Origin: a virus | Taxonomy: Duplodnaviria; Heunggongvirae; Uroviricota; Caudoviricetes | Reading direction: 5' to 3' (one strand) | Length of the DNA stretch: 64,000 bases | Virus record (IMG/VR): IMGVR_UViG_3300038345_000251 | Location: 311,248-375,247 of that record | In this document: positions 55,194-64,000 of the stretch, in pieces | Layout of the letters: every line of letters begins with the position of its first letter | Position numbering within the stretch: position 1 is the stretch's first letter | Program-made: the position numbers and the translations under genes | The notes under the pieces: generated by a model | Seen by the model: only the letters and a program-made list of their open reading frames with translations | What the model was told of the DNA's origin: nothing | The model's database searches: none

Positions 55194-56249
55194 ATGGAAA
55201 GTTTTACAAAAAAAGAAATTGAATTTTTAAAAGAAAACGCAAATAGTTTTGGGGCATATATTTGTTCTATAAAATTAAATAGAAAATTTAGTTCAGTTAT
55301 TTCAAAACTAAGAAGAGAAAAAATACCATATAAATATAAAAAAACAGACAAAACAAAGGAAGAAATAGAAAATCTTGAATTTAAAGAAGATGAAAATTTG
55401 TACATCAACTTTGATTTTAACACAACAAAAACCCCAAAAGAACTCGCATATTTTTTAGGTTTCTTTTGGGCTGATGGTACAATTAATCGTGAAAAATATA
55501 TTCATATTGAAATAACATCTGAAGACGGTAATGAACTGTTACCAATATTTTCAAAACTGTCTAACAATTTTTATATTAGTTATAGGAAAAGAGAAGGAAG
55601 AAAAGAACAAATGTCTTTCTTTTATAAAGATAAAATGTTTTCTGATTTTTTAAAATCAAAAGGTAAATATCCTAGAACCGTAGAATCTCATAAAAAAATA
55701 TTAGAATACATTCCAGAAAAATATAAAATATATTTTATTAGAGGACTTATTGACGGTGATGGTTGTTTTAGTAAATTGAACGAAACCAAAACATATTTTA
55801 ACATTGTATTGTGTTTTGAAATTGCAGGCAGATACGAACAAGATTGGGATTATTTAATAAAATTTTTTAAAGAAAAATATAACTTAGAATTATCTTTACA
55901 ATTATGTAAAACAGATATTACTACAAGTAGTAGAATAAGAACACATAACTCAGAAAAAATTATTAATTTTGTAAAAATACTTTATAATGATAAAGATGAA
56001 ATTTATCTAAAAAGAAAATATAACAAAATAAAAGAATATATAGAATATAGAGAAAAGAAAAATAAAGAACATTTAAAAGAAAATGGCGGTTATTATATAA
56101 CAATTAATGATGAACCACCTGTTTTTGTTAACAAAAGAAAACTAAGTCAATTTTGTCGTGAAAACAATTTATGTTATGAAAATATAAACAAACTGGCGAA
56201 CAAAAAAATTGATAAATACAAAAACATTAAAATAACAAAAACTTTTTAA
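55194..56249 (+). CDS. free-standing LAGLIDADG homing endonuclease
   Basis: Two motifs: LGFFWADGTI and IRGLIDGDGCF. Confidence 0.7.
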   Translation: MESFTKKEIEFLKENANSFGAYICSIKLNRKFSSVISKLRREKIPYKYKKTDKTKEEIENLEFKEDENLYINFDFNTTKTPKELAYFLGFFWADGTINREKYIHIEITSEDGNELLPIFSKLSNNFYISYRKREGRKEQMSFFYKDKMFSDFLKSKGKYPRTVESHKKILEYIPEKYKIYFIRGLIDGDGCFSKLNETKTYFNIVLCFEIAGRYEQDWDYLIKFFKEKYNLELSLQLCKTDITTSSRIRTHNSEKIINFVKILYNDKDEIYLKRKYNKIKEYIEYREKKNKEHLKENGGYYITINDEPPVFVNKRKLSQFCRENNLCYENINKLANKKIDKYKNIKITKTF

Positions 56250-56280
56250 AAGAACGTAACGGTATAAGAGGTTAAAAATT

Positions 56281-57084
56281 ATGAAAACATTAGATGAAGC
56301 ATTAATAGAAATTGAAACTATTGTCAGTGGACAATATAGAAAACCGTTTCCAAATTCTCTTTTAAGAACAGCAGTTAAAGATTATATTGAAATTGTTAGA
56401 CTGAATGCTGAAACATTATTTAATTTATTTTCAAGTAAATCACCAAATGAAAAACTTACTGAAAATGCTATCAGTATAATAGAAAATATTGTTATTGACA
56501 ATAATCAACCATTAAATGAACGTATAGCACTGTCATATACCGATGCGTTAGATTTTGCTAAACAACAATCTGCATTAAGAGTTAATAGAACCAAATATGT
56601 GGTTAAAACACTAGTTGATTGTTGCGATACTGTTATTGCAAGACTTGACGAAAACGATGGTGAAGGAATGACTGTTAAACAACTTAATGATAAATATAAA
56701 TGTTCATACCTTATTTTTAATGGTGATGAAGATGGTATGCAAATCATTCATGTTGATAACATTCATAAACTTAGAACAGGTGAAATTGCAGTTGATGGTA
56801 TAATGATTGACTTCTGTAATGTAAATCATCAAGATGGTGACGGTATATTGATTTACGAAGTTGAAGATATGTGTTTTAGCGAATTCTGGTATTTCCCTGA
56901 AGAAAACGATGATGGTGAACCACTTACTCCACAAGAAATTGATGAAGAACTTCAATCAACACCTGTTGACTTGGATAAAAAAGAATATCCAACTCATGTC
57001 GTTACCCAAGAAAAAGTCGCTGAAGAAATTAGATATATGATTAATTGGATTTTAGATGATAAAGGACTTAATATAACAATTTAA
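56281..57084 (+). CDS. hypothetical acidic protein
   Basis: ORF. Confidence 0.5.
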   Translation: MKTLDEALIEIETIVSGQYRKPFPNSLLRTAVKDYIEIVRLNAETLFNLFSSKSPNEKLTENAISIIENIVIDNNQPLNERIALSYTDALDFAKQQSALRVNRTKYVVKTLVDCCDTVIARLDENDGEGMTVKQLNDKYKCSYLIFNGDEDGMQIIHVDNIHKLRTGEIAVDGIMIDFCNVNHQDGDGILIYEVEDMCFSEFWYFPEENDDGEPLTPQEIDEELQSTPVDLDKKEYPTHVVTQEKVAEEIRYMINWILDDKGLNITI

Positions 57085-57086
57085 TT

Positions 57087-57614
57087 ATGGGAGCAGCAAT
57101 ATTTAAACAGCCAAATGGATTATATGGTAGATATTCATATACTTCTGATGATTTCACTAATTACAATATGACAAAAGAAGAGTATATTGTAAGTTGTGCA
57201 GTTGCAGATAAAATTAATACTGAAGAATGGGATTTTAAACATAATCAACATTTCACTGATTATGAACGTGTTAAGGAAGATGCAATTGAATATTGTGATA
57301 CTTTTGACGAATGGATAAAGGATGCATCTAAAAAGGAAAAAGAAGAATTACGAAAAGAAAAAGAAGAAGAACTTAAAAATAGAAATGAACTTATTTCTAT
57401 AATGGAAAAAAAATGCGAAAATATTTCTGAACACGAATATTGGAAACAGGTTTATGAACTTCTTCAACGTCTTGTAATGTTTTACGATAATGATTGGAAT
57501 AGAAAAGATTATATCATTGTTGAACATGAAGAAGATATGAAAATGATAACGCAAAAGGTTAAAGAAATAAACGAATCTTTTGATGCATATAAGAATTTAA
57601 GTAAAAAGAAATGA
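57087..57614 (+). CDS. hypothetical protein
   Basis: ORF. Confidence 0.5.
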   Translation: MGAAIFKQPNGLYGRYSYTSDDFTNYNMTKEEYIVSCAVADKINTEEWDFKHNQHFTDYERVKEDAIEYCDTFDEWIKDASKKEKEELRKEKEEELKNRNELISIMEKKCENISEHEYWKQVYELLQRLVMFYDNDWNRKDYIIVEHEEDMKMITQKVKEINESFDAYKNLSKKK

Positions 57615-57790
57615 GTAGAAGATTTAGTAGTTGTGAACAGATAATTAGACCTAAAGGTATATTTGCTTGTCCTTCTAAAATTAATAACTGTCTTGAATGT
57701 AAATATCGTTTAAGAATGGGAAAGATTGGGGATGATATTTGGGTTGATTGTGCATATTATGATATGATTAATGACGAAGAAGATGAATAA
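57611..57790 (+). CDS. small Cys-rich protein (59 aa; CxxC..CxxC..C)
   Basis: ATGA overlap with the upstream stop. ATGAATAA overlap with the next start. Falls below the 60-aa ORF-track cutoff. Confidence 0.3.
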   Translation: MSRRFSSCEQIIRPKGIFACPSKINNCLECKYRLRMGKIGDDIWVDCAYYDMINDEEDE

Positions 57791-58220
57791 TAGACAAAAA
57801 GAATTATTAGAGAAACATAACATATTAGTAATAGTTGATTATGACTATGAATTTACTAATAAGTCTTATTACTATAAGATTTATGTTTTAGGTGAACATG
57901 GTAAACCTGAACGTGTAGAAGTAAAAAGTGAAAGATATGATAAGGATGGCAAGGCTATTGTAACAACTCATTATAGGGATTATAAACATAGTTATAAAGA
58001 TTATGCCACTTATGATGAAGCACTTGAAGATGGAATAAAAGAAGCCACTTCGATGATTCCAAAAGAAGAAAAACCAACAGAAAAAAAACCTGTTGAAAAA
58101 TTAATTAAATGTAGAATGGGTATTCCTGGAATTGACTGTTGGGGTAATATAATGGATGATTGTATGTATTGTGACGCATATACTAAATTTTTAGAAGAAA
58201 AAGATGAAAAGAAAAATTAA
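57783..58220 (+). CDS. hypothetical protein
   Basis: ORF. The start is chosen to couple with the upstream small ORF. Confidence 0.45.
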   Translation: MNNRQKELLEKHNILVIVDYDYEFTNKSYYYKIYVLGEHGKPERVEVKSERYDKDGKAIVTTHYRDYKHSYKDYATYDEALEDGIKEATSMIPKEEKPTEKKPVEKLIKCRMGIPGIDCWGNIMDDCMYCDAYTKFLEEKDEKKN

Positions 58221-59019
58221 ATTAATGTTTGTTCCAGATGTTCATGCTAGAGATTTCTGGGTAGAACCTGTTAAAAAAACATTGGAAGAAACTGATGCTA
58301 AAATTGTTTTTTTAGGCGATTATATTGATGGTTATACAGAAGAATGGGATAATAAAGAAGAAGGTTTTAACCTTGGGGAACATACTATTAATGTTCTTAA
58401 TAATATTATTGATTTAAAGTATAAATATCCTGATAGAATCATACTTCTTATAGGTAATCATGATGGTGGTTACTGTATTGGTAGAGATATTTGTGAATCA
58501 AGAAGAGATTGGATGAATGCAGGTATTTTTACTGAAATATTCAGAGAGAATTGGAATATGTTTCAGTTAGTATATGAAGAAACAATTAATGATATTCATT
58601 TTGTTTTTTCTCATGCAGGAATTTCAACTGACTTCATGAACACCTATTATGGAGAAGATTTGGAAAAAGATAAAATGATTGACTATCTTAATAACATATG
58701 GTTAGCAAAAGATTGGCTAAAGTTATATCAACTTGGTGTATATGATAGATTTCGTGGAAGTTTTGGTGCTGTATGGGCATCCCCTATATGGGCAGATATT
58801 AGACAAATGTCACACTTAACCAAAGAAAATACTATAGGTGATTATCAAATTGTTGGGCATACACAATTATCTGCTGATGGACAGCCATTTATTTCTAGTT
58901 ATATTGGTGATTTTGATTGTAGAGAATGTTTCTATATTGATGATGAAGGTAATATTAGAAACTATAATACAACAATGAAATGTATTGAAGGTAAAACAAT
59001 TAAAATTGGAAAAGAATAG
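58204..59019 (+). CDS. calcineurin-like metallophosphoesterase
   Basis: PDVHARD, VFLGDYIDG and LIGNHDGG. Confidence 0.6.
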   Translation: MKRKIKLMFVPDVHARDFWVEPVKKTLEETDAKIVFLGDYIDGYTEEWDNKEEGFNLGEHTINVLNNIIDLKYKYPDRIILLIGNHDGGYCIGRDICESRRDWMNAGIFTEIFRENWNMFQLVYEETINDIHFVFSHAGISTDFMNTYYGEDLEKDKMIDYLNNIWLAKDWLKLYQLGVYDRFRGSFGAVWASPIWADIRQMSHLTKENTIGDYQIVGHTQLSADGQPFISSYIGDFDCRECFYIDDEGNIRNYNTTMKCIEGKTIKIGKE

Positions 59020-59022
59020 TTT

Positions 59023-59361
59023 ATGATTAGTTATGAATTTGAAAAATGGTTAGATGAACACGGATGGAGTTATCAATATTCCAGAGGAAAATCTTATATA
59101 GGATATTATAAATATGATGGTTATAATATTGATTATATAGGATTATTCGAAGGTAAATTTACATTCTCATGTAAAAGTAAAACCTATAATATACTTGATG
59201 ATATTAATATTAAATTTGATGTTCCGTTTAACAAAGAATCGTGTGACTATATTCATAAAGAATTATTCAGACAGTTGGATGAATTTGTTGAAAAAAGAAA
59301 AATAGAAAAGAAAGAAAGTATTGAAAAAATAAATAAATTGTTTAATCTATTTGATAAATGA
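59023..59361 (+). CDS. hypothetical protein
   Basis: ORF. Confidence 0.45.
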   Translation: MISYEFEKWLDEHGWSYQYSRGKSYIGYYKYDGYNIDYIGLFEGKFTFSCKSKTYNILDDINIKFDVPFNKESCDYIHKELFRQLDEFVEKRKIEKKESIEKINKLFNLFDK

Positions 59362-59581
59362 AACAATTATGACAATTACAGAAATATTACCTTGGTTCTT
59401 AAAAGGTGAAAAAATAAGAAGGAAATCATGGGATAAAAATGCATATATGTACAAAGATGGAATTACTATCCATAGTGTGTACAATAATAATGGGACAAGT
59501 GGTGATTACACAACATATCTTTCAGAACAGACATTTGCCCTTGATGATATAATGGCTAATGATTGGACAACATGTATATAA
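59351..59581 (+). CDS. hypothetical protein
   Basis: ORF. Confidence 0.4.
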   Translation: MINETIMTITEILPWFLKGEKIRRKSWDKNAYMYKDGITIHSVYNNNGTSGDYTTYLSEQTFALDDIMANDWTTCI

Positions 59582-59604
59582 TTTCCTAAAAACTACTTTA
59601 AAAT

Positions 59605-60018
59605 ATGATTACAGAAGATTACGTCTCTTTTGAGACAGCCAAACTTCTTAAAGAAAAGGGGTTTAATGAGATTTGCGAAATGTTTTATTGCAAACCACAT
59701 GAAGGTTACATGAGAAATAGAAAACGCAATGAATGGTGGAATAGTGATTTAAGAGAAGACATGACATGTACATGTCCAACTCTTCAGATGGCTATGAAGT
59801 GGCTGAGAGAAGAGCATAATAAGACAATTATTATTGGGATTAGAGTGACAGACCCAATTACAGGTATAATAGACTGTTATTACAATGGTATATACTATGT
59901 ACCTAAAAACAATGTTAGTGCATTGTGTTTTACATCACCAACACCTGAGAATGGTTATTCTACTTATGAAAAAGCCTGTGAAGAGGCTATTAGGTATTGT
60001 CTTGAAAATTTGATTTAG
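59605..60018 (+). CDS. hypothetical protein
   Basis: ORF. Confidence 0.45.
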   Translation: MITEDYVSFETAKLLKEKGFNEICEMFYCKPHEGYMRNRKRNEWWNSDLREDMTCTCPTLQMAMKWLREEHNKTIIIGIRVTDPITGIIDCYYNGIYYVPKNNVSALCFTSPTPENGYSTYEKACEEAIRYCLENLI

Positions 60019-60126
60019 ATATGAAAAAGAAACAAACATTTTGGAATATATTATCATTCTTAATTGGGTTTATAGGTTTCCAGATAATATGGTACTTTGT
60101 AATTTTAAAATATTGTATTTAAGTGC

Positions 60127-60415
60127 AATGAATAAACTTGATGAATATATTGAATATTTAAGTGCCTGGTGTAAAACCAGAAACAACACTTATCGCCCAC
60201 TAGTAACATCTGATATTCCTAAAATCTTGGGAGATATTATTAAGTCTGGAAACACAACACCAATAAAGACATTTAAAGAGAAATTTTTAAATGGTAGTAT
60301 TTCTTTACCTACGTTTTGTATTGGATTAAGCGATGAACAAGAATGTTTTTATTTTGATAAATGTATGGAAATTGTTGGCACATTTGAGAAAAACCATTCA
60401 ATGGATAAAGAATAA
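60127..60415 (+). CDS. hypothetical protein
   Basis: ORF with an internal ATG start preferred. Confidence 0.35.
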
Positions 60416-60426
60416 ATAACAATAAA

Positions 60427-60714
60427 ATGAATATTATGGAAAATATTATAAGAAGAAAAGAAGGAATGGATTATTATGATTCACTTTCTAAAGAACAAAA
60501 AAAATTAGTTGATAACGTATTTTTTGCAACTATTGATATGTGTTCACAATTAGTAACAGAAAGTGAAGGAAAACCATTTCCAATTTTCTTTTATGAAGAT
60601 GTAGCATATAAAGTTTTTAGAGGTGAAATGCTTGGGCATATGCTTGCCGATGAAATGTATAATGCTAAAGTGAATGAATGGCAGAAATCTGAAGAGTTTA
60701 ATCCTAAATATTAA
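60427..60714 (+). CDS. hypothetical protein
   Basis: ORF. Confidence 0.4.
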   Translation: MNIMENIIRRKEGMDYYDSLSKEQKKLVDNVFFATIDMCSQLVTESEGKPFPIFFYEDVAYKVFRGEMLGHMLADEMYNAKVNEWQKSEEFNPKY

Positions 60715-60769
60715 TATATATGAAAGTAGCAAAAGCTGAAAAAGAAGAATTTGATAATGATAATTTAGT

Positions 60770-61129
60770 ATGGAAAACGTAGAAGTTATTACAAAATACG
60801 ACAAAACAGACTTTGGTGAAGTATGGTATGTCAACGCAGTAGATAAATCATTTAGATTTGCTTTGTATAAATATGATGACGATGCAGATACAATTTATTT
60901 ATCTAACGTTTTTGTAAAGAAAGATAAACGTGGACAAGGATATGGAAATGTAATATTGAATTCCGCAGAAAAGGCATCCAAAAAAATGGGTGCAAGCACT
61001 ATCTGTTTAAAAGTAAAAAACGGTTCTTTTGCACACCAATGGTATGCAAGACATGGATATGCTGATTTTACAAATGATGATGAAGAGCCAAGTTATATAT
61101 GGATGAAAAAAAAAAATAATGTAGATTAA
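60770..61129 (+). CDS. GNAT N-acetyltransferase
   Basis: Motif A KDKRGQGYGNVILNSAEKASKKMG. Confidence 0.65.
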   Translation: MENVEVITKYDKTDFGEVWYVNAVDKSFRFALYKYDDDADTIYLSNVFVKKDKRGQGYGNVILNSAEKASKKMGASTICLKVKNGSFAHQWYARHGYADFTNDDEEPSYIWMKKKNNVD

Positions 61130-61141
61130 CTAGAATAGATT

Positions 61142-61297
61142 ATGGGAATATTTAATAATGATTTTGAACCTTGGGGTGATGACCCCAAGAATGGTGACAG
61201 ACATCTTCATTGGAGTGATGAGGATGAAGAAAGATACCAAAAAGAATTAAAAAGAAAAAGAGAAGAAGCAGAAGAAGGACTACATTTTAATAGTTAA
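61142..61297 (+). CDS. small acidic protein (51 aa)
   Basis: ORF below the track cutoff. Low-complexity acidic tail. Confidence 0.2.
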   Translation: MGIFNNDFEPWGDDPKNGDRHLHWSDEDEERYQKELKRKREEAEEGLHFNS

Positions 61298-61427
61298 TTA
61301 TGAGTAAATGTATAATTAAGTGTCCTTATTGTGGACAACAGGTATATAGTTCCCTAAAGAAAAAACTATTTACTATTTAAACATAAAACTAATAATAATC
61401 AAAAATAACATTAAAACAAGTAGTTAT

Positions 61428-61907
61428 ATGAAAAATCCAAAATTTTATACAGGTAACATAGTTCCAGAAGAAAATACTATTTTTGTCTTCGGTTCTAATC
61501 CACAAGGCATTCATGGTGCTGGTTCAGCGAAAATAGCACAAATTTATTTCGGTGCTATATATGGACAAGGCGAAGGTTTGCAGGGCGAATCTTATGGACT
61601 CCCAACAACAAACCTTAATTTCAACGATAGCCGTTTACCACCACACAAGAGAGGAATGCCACAAAAAGAAATTATCAATTACATTAAAAATATGTACAAG
61701 TGCGCTAATGAAAACCCCGATAAAAACTTCAAAGTGGCATACAGAAACCAACCTTATGAAGCAACAATTTGCGGTTATACAGGTGCAGAAATGATTTATA
61801 TGTTCAAAGCAGCAGCAGAAGATTTCGGTGGAGAAATACCAGAGAACGTGTGGTTTTCAAAAGAATGGGTCAGTACTGGGCTATTTGAGGAATCTTTCCT
61901 TTGTTAA
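61428..61907 (+). CDS. possible second macro-like / ADP-ribose-binding protein
   Basis: IFVFGSNPQGIHGAGSAKIAQ parallels the VNAQGVMGSGVAKQV block of the macro protein at 19940. Confidence 0.3.
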   Translation: MKNPKFYTGNIVPEENTIFVFGSNPQGIHGAGSAKIAQIYFGAIYGQGEGLQGESYGLPTTNLNFNDSRLPPHKRGMPQKEIINYIKNMYKCANENPDKNFKVAYRNQPYEATICGYTGAEMIYMFKAAAEDFGGEIPENVWFSKEWVSTGLFEESFLC

Positions 61908-61952
61908 AGTTGCAGCAAATATAATCAACTATATCAATAAAGAATAATAAAA

Positions 61953-61980
61953 AAGTCGTAGATTTTTTCTACGGCTTTTA
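61953..61980. terminator. bidirectional terminator (agtcgtag attttt ctacggct + T-tract)
   Basis: Stem with one G:U pair. Lies between convergent genes. Sequence is related to the terminator at 16955. Confidence 0.6.
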
Positions 61981-61997
61981 TTATAAATAATGATTTG

Positions 61998-64000
61998 TTA
62001 ATATTCATATACCATTGAAGGATTACCATCAGCATTTAAGTAAATTGTTGTATCAGATGCATTAGCACTAACATTTAATGTTATTGTATCATCACCAGAC
62101 CAAGAAGTACCTCCACCACCAACATTAACATTTATACTATTGAAACTACCACTAGTGCCATAAAATTTTCCACCTCTTTCAAATTGCATTGAATTCAATT
62201 GTAATGTTACTGTTGTTGGACCTGTTGGTACATCATAAAACGTTATTGAACCAGTGCTAGAATATGTAGATTGTGTTCCAATATGTACATTTCCACAAGC
62301 ATATTCTATAACACCACTATCAGTAGTTCCAACGCCAGCGAAAGAGAAGTATACATCATCACCTTCTGCCGCTGCAAAATTACTATGTTCAACATACATT
62401 GTACCTGATGGATATACAGTTACATTTCTTGTTGGTTCTACATATGTTTGGGTAAGAACAAATGTGCATGTGGTAGTTATACTACCACTATTTCTAAACG
62501 TATAAGTTACACTTCTACTTCCAGAAGTAAGTGCATTATATGTTATAACACAAGTACCTGCTCCTGTATTTGTCGTATATGTATTCCAACTACCTGTGGT
62601 TTTAGTTGCACTAAATCCTGTTTGTACAGGGTCAAGATATGTTCTTGTTACAGAAGTTGTACCACATTGAATTGTTGTTCCTGTTATTACTGTACTACCT
62701 GCTTGTTGACCAGTACACAATGTCTGTGTGACTGAACTTGTTAAGTACCAAGTATCATATGTAATTGTAGATGTAGGAACATTTTTATATGATGAAACAT
62801 CTACAGTAACATTACCACTACTTCCGTCAACGCTTTCGGTCGTTGGGCTACATGAAATTGTGTATGTAGGTGTTCCACCTGATTTATCAAAGGTTACAGG
62901 TACATGTGTTGTAGTACCTGTACTTGTTACTGTGGTAGACACAACAGGATTAGCATCTTGTTGTATTGTTACACTAGTATTATCACTCTTTCCTCCGTAA
63001 CTTGCTGAAACGCTAAATGAACCAGCAGTTCTTGGGTCATCTGAAGGTGTAGAACCCCAACTACTTGCCGTAACATTGTTAGGTGAAACAGTAACATTTG
63101 CAGAAGATGTTACATCTTCATCTTGACAATTAGAATAATGTGCAATAACAGTATATGAAACACTACTCTTATTTATACTACCGCCAGTACAAGGAATAGT
63201 AGAACTACAACTTGCTTCAACAGTTATACCTGTTAAGTTACAAACTACTGTATGTTCACGTTGTACAACAGTTATCTCACCAACCTTAGTTGCAGAAGTA
63301 TTACCAGTTCTAATGTCAATTGTCACAGAACGTTCACCACTATCATTTGTTTGTATTGTTGCAGTAAATCTTGATGTTGATATACCTGAAGCACTCATCC
63401 AACTTGGTTTAGTACCATATAAGTTCAATGTACCATAATTTGTTGAACAATCAACAGATACACTAGTATCATCATCGTCATAAGTTACAGTAATTGCTGT
63501 TTCATGATTATCATCCCAATAGAAGTATTTAGCTACAGCACCTGCTTCTTGTTCTATTGTAATTTCACCAACGTCTACCCATGCACCACCATCACCATCA
63601 CATTTTTTACCTTGAATAGTTACTGTATCACTTCTTGACGAAGCACCTGCACTTTGTGTATCAGCAGTAAAATAGAAGCCAAGAGTACTACAATTATAAT
63701 TGTTAATCCATGATGGTATAGTGCTTGTTTTTGCACTAATTGATACATAGCCTGATGTAGTATAGAATTTATGTGTTCCTGTTCCAGCTGAATCTAACGT
63801 TGCTGTAATTGCACTGGAATTACTATTGTCCCAAAAGAAATCATAACTACAAACTGAACCTCCACCTCCACCAGCATCTTGTTTAATTGTTATACTACCG
63901 ATATTGTTATAACTTGTTGCTGTAATAGTAATAGTTGCTTGTCTTGCTGAAGCATCTGCACTTTGTGTTGACGCTGTATAAGAAAATGTTCCACTACCCA
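61998..64000 (-). CDS. large BACON/Ig-like repeat protein, 5'-partial (frame stays open to the window edge)
   Basis: The ORF-track start at 63428 is an internal TTG. There is no in-frame stop between 63429 and 64000. Repeats RSVTIDIRTGNTSATKVGEITVVQ are homologous to the modules in 39737..40978. Confidence 0.6.
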   Translation of the reverse strand, partial: GSGTFSYTASTQSADASARQATITITATSYNNIGSITIKQDAGGGGGSVCSYDFFWDNSNSSAITATLDSAGTGTHKFYTTSGYVSISAKTSTIPSWINNYNCSTLGFYFTADTQSAGASSRSDTVTIQGKKCDGDGGAWVDVGEITIEQEAGAVAKYFYWDDNHETAITVTYDDDDTSVSVDCSTNYGTLNLYGTKPSWMSASGISTSRFTATIQTNDSGERSVTIDIRTGNTSATKVGEITVVQREHTVVCNLTGITVEASCSSTIPCTGGSINKSSVSYTVIAHYSNCQDEDVTSSANVTVSPNNVTASSWGSTPSDDPRTAGSFSVSASYGGKSDNTSVTIQQDANPVVSTTVTSTGTTTHVPVTFDKSGGTPTYTISCSPTTESVDGSSGNVTVDVSSYKNVPTSTITYDTWYLTSSVTQTLCTGQQAGSTVITGTTIQCGTTSVTRTYLDPVQTGFSATKTTGSWNTYTTNTGAGTCVITYNALTSGSRSVTYTFRNSGSITTTCTFVLTQTYVEPTRNVTVYPSGTMYVEHSNFAAAEGDDVYFSFAGVGTTDSGVIEYACGNVHIGTQSTYSSTGSITFYDVPTGPTTVTLQLNSMQFERGGKFYGTSGSFNSINVNVGGGGTSWSGDDTITLNVSANASDTTIYLNADGNPSMVYEY

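Noticed and set aside
63426-63428. Start of the minus-strand BACON protein at 63428
   Set aside because: That codon is TTG and the frame has no stop upstream to the window edge. The gene is therefore treated as 5'-partial rather than starting here.
1-64000. tRNA or rRNA genes and integrase/attachment sites
   Set aside because: No GC-rich cloverleaf-sized islands or T-loop (GTTCGAATC-like) signatures were seen in non-coding DNA. No integrase homolog was found. The region is gene-dense with short intergenic spacers. A covariance-model scan (tRNAscan-SE/Infernal) would be needed to exclude these formally.

Overview
This 64 kb window is AT-rich (about 30% GC) and densely coding, almost entirely on the + strand. 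It reads like the accessory or early region of a large virulent phage of a Bacteroidota host. A Bacteroidetes sigma-A-type promoter (TTTG, about 20 nt, TAnnTTTG) recurs upstream of many genes, and two large BACON/Ig-like repeat proteins are present. No capsid, portal or terminase genes, tRNAs, rRNAs or CRISPR arrays were seen.

The most striking content is a scattered NAD+/ADP-ribose toolkit:
- nicotinamidase PncA (658..1218)
- a Prs-like phosphoribosyl pyrophosphokinase (10039..10965) and a NAMPT-family enzyme (13013..14638), which together resemble a NARP1-like NAD reconstitution pair (ADPR-PP synthetase plus nicotinamide-ADPR transferase); a GIY-YIG homing-endonuclease insertion separates the two
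- NH3-dependent NAD synthetase NadE (21314..22195)
- a TARG1/DarG-like macro domain (19940..20410), with a possible second macro-like protein (61428..61907)
- a Nudix hydrolase (50011..50466)
- a DUF4326-like protein (22198..22596)
- a Tpt1/KptA-like protein (48954..49724)
- a 662-aa internally duplicated protein whose halves carry PARP-like ADP-ribosyltransferase motifs (5159..7147).

Selfish DNA is abundant:
- three paralogous homing endonucleases, each with repeated zinc-ribbon 'CPEHGEFWQ' modules and a Vsr/DUF559-like nuclease tail
- a GIY-YIG endonuclease (12039..13007) and a GIY-YIG-like endonuclease (35041..36171)
- a free-standing LAGLIDADG endonuclease
- an intein-like Hint+LAGLIDADG insertion inside a YqaJ/lambda-exonuclease-like gene
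- a stand-alone IS200/IS605-family TnpB element.

Other recognisable genes:
- RmlA and RmlC (dTDP-sugar pathway)
- an OmpA-like outer-membrane protein
- IF-1
- an SPFH lipoprotein with a small membrane partner
- Hsp20
- an SF1 helicase
- an AAA+ ATPase
- an Amidase_3 endolysin
- three metallophosphoesterases
- a minimal nucleotidyltransferase
- a GNAT acetyltransferase
- a TROVE/DUF2828-like vWA protein.

Two gene-stub scars, a candidate +1 frameshift site, a recurring terminator hairpin family, and GC-richer islands are also noted.
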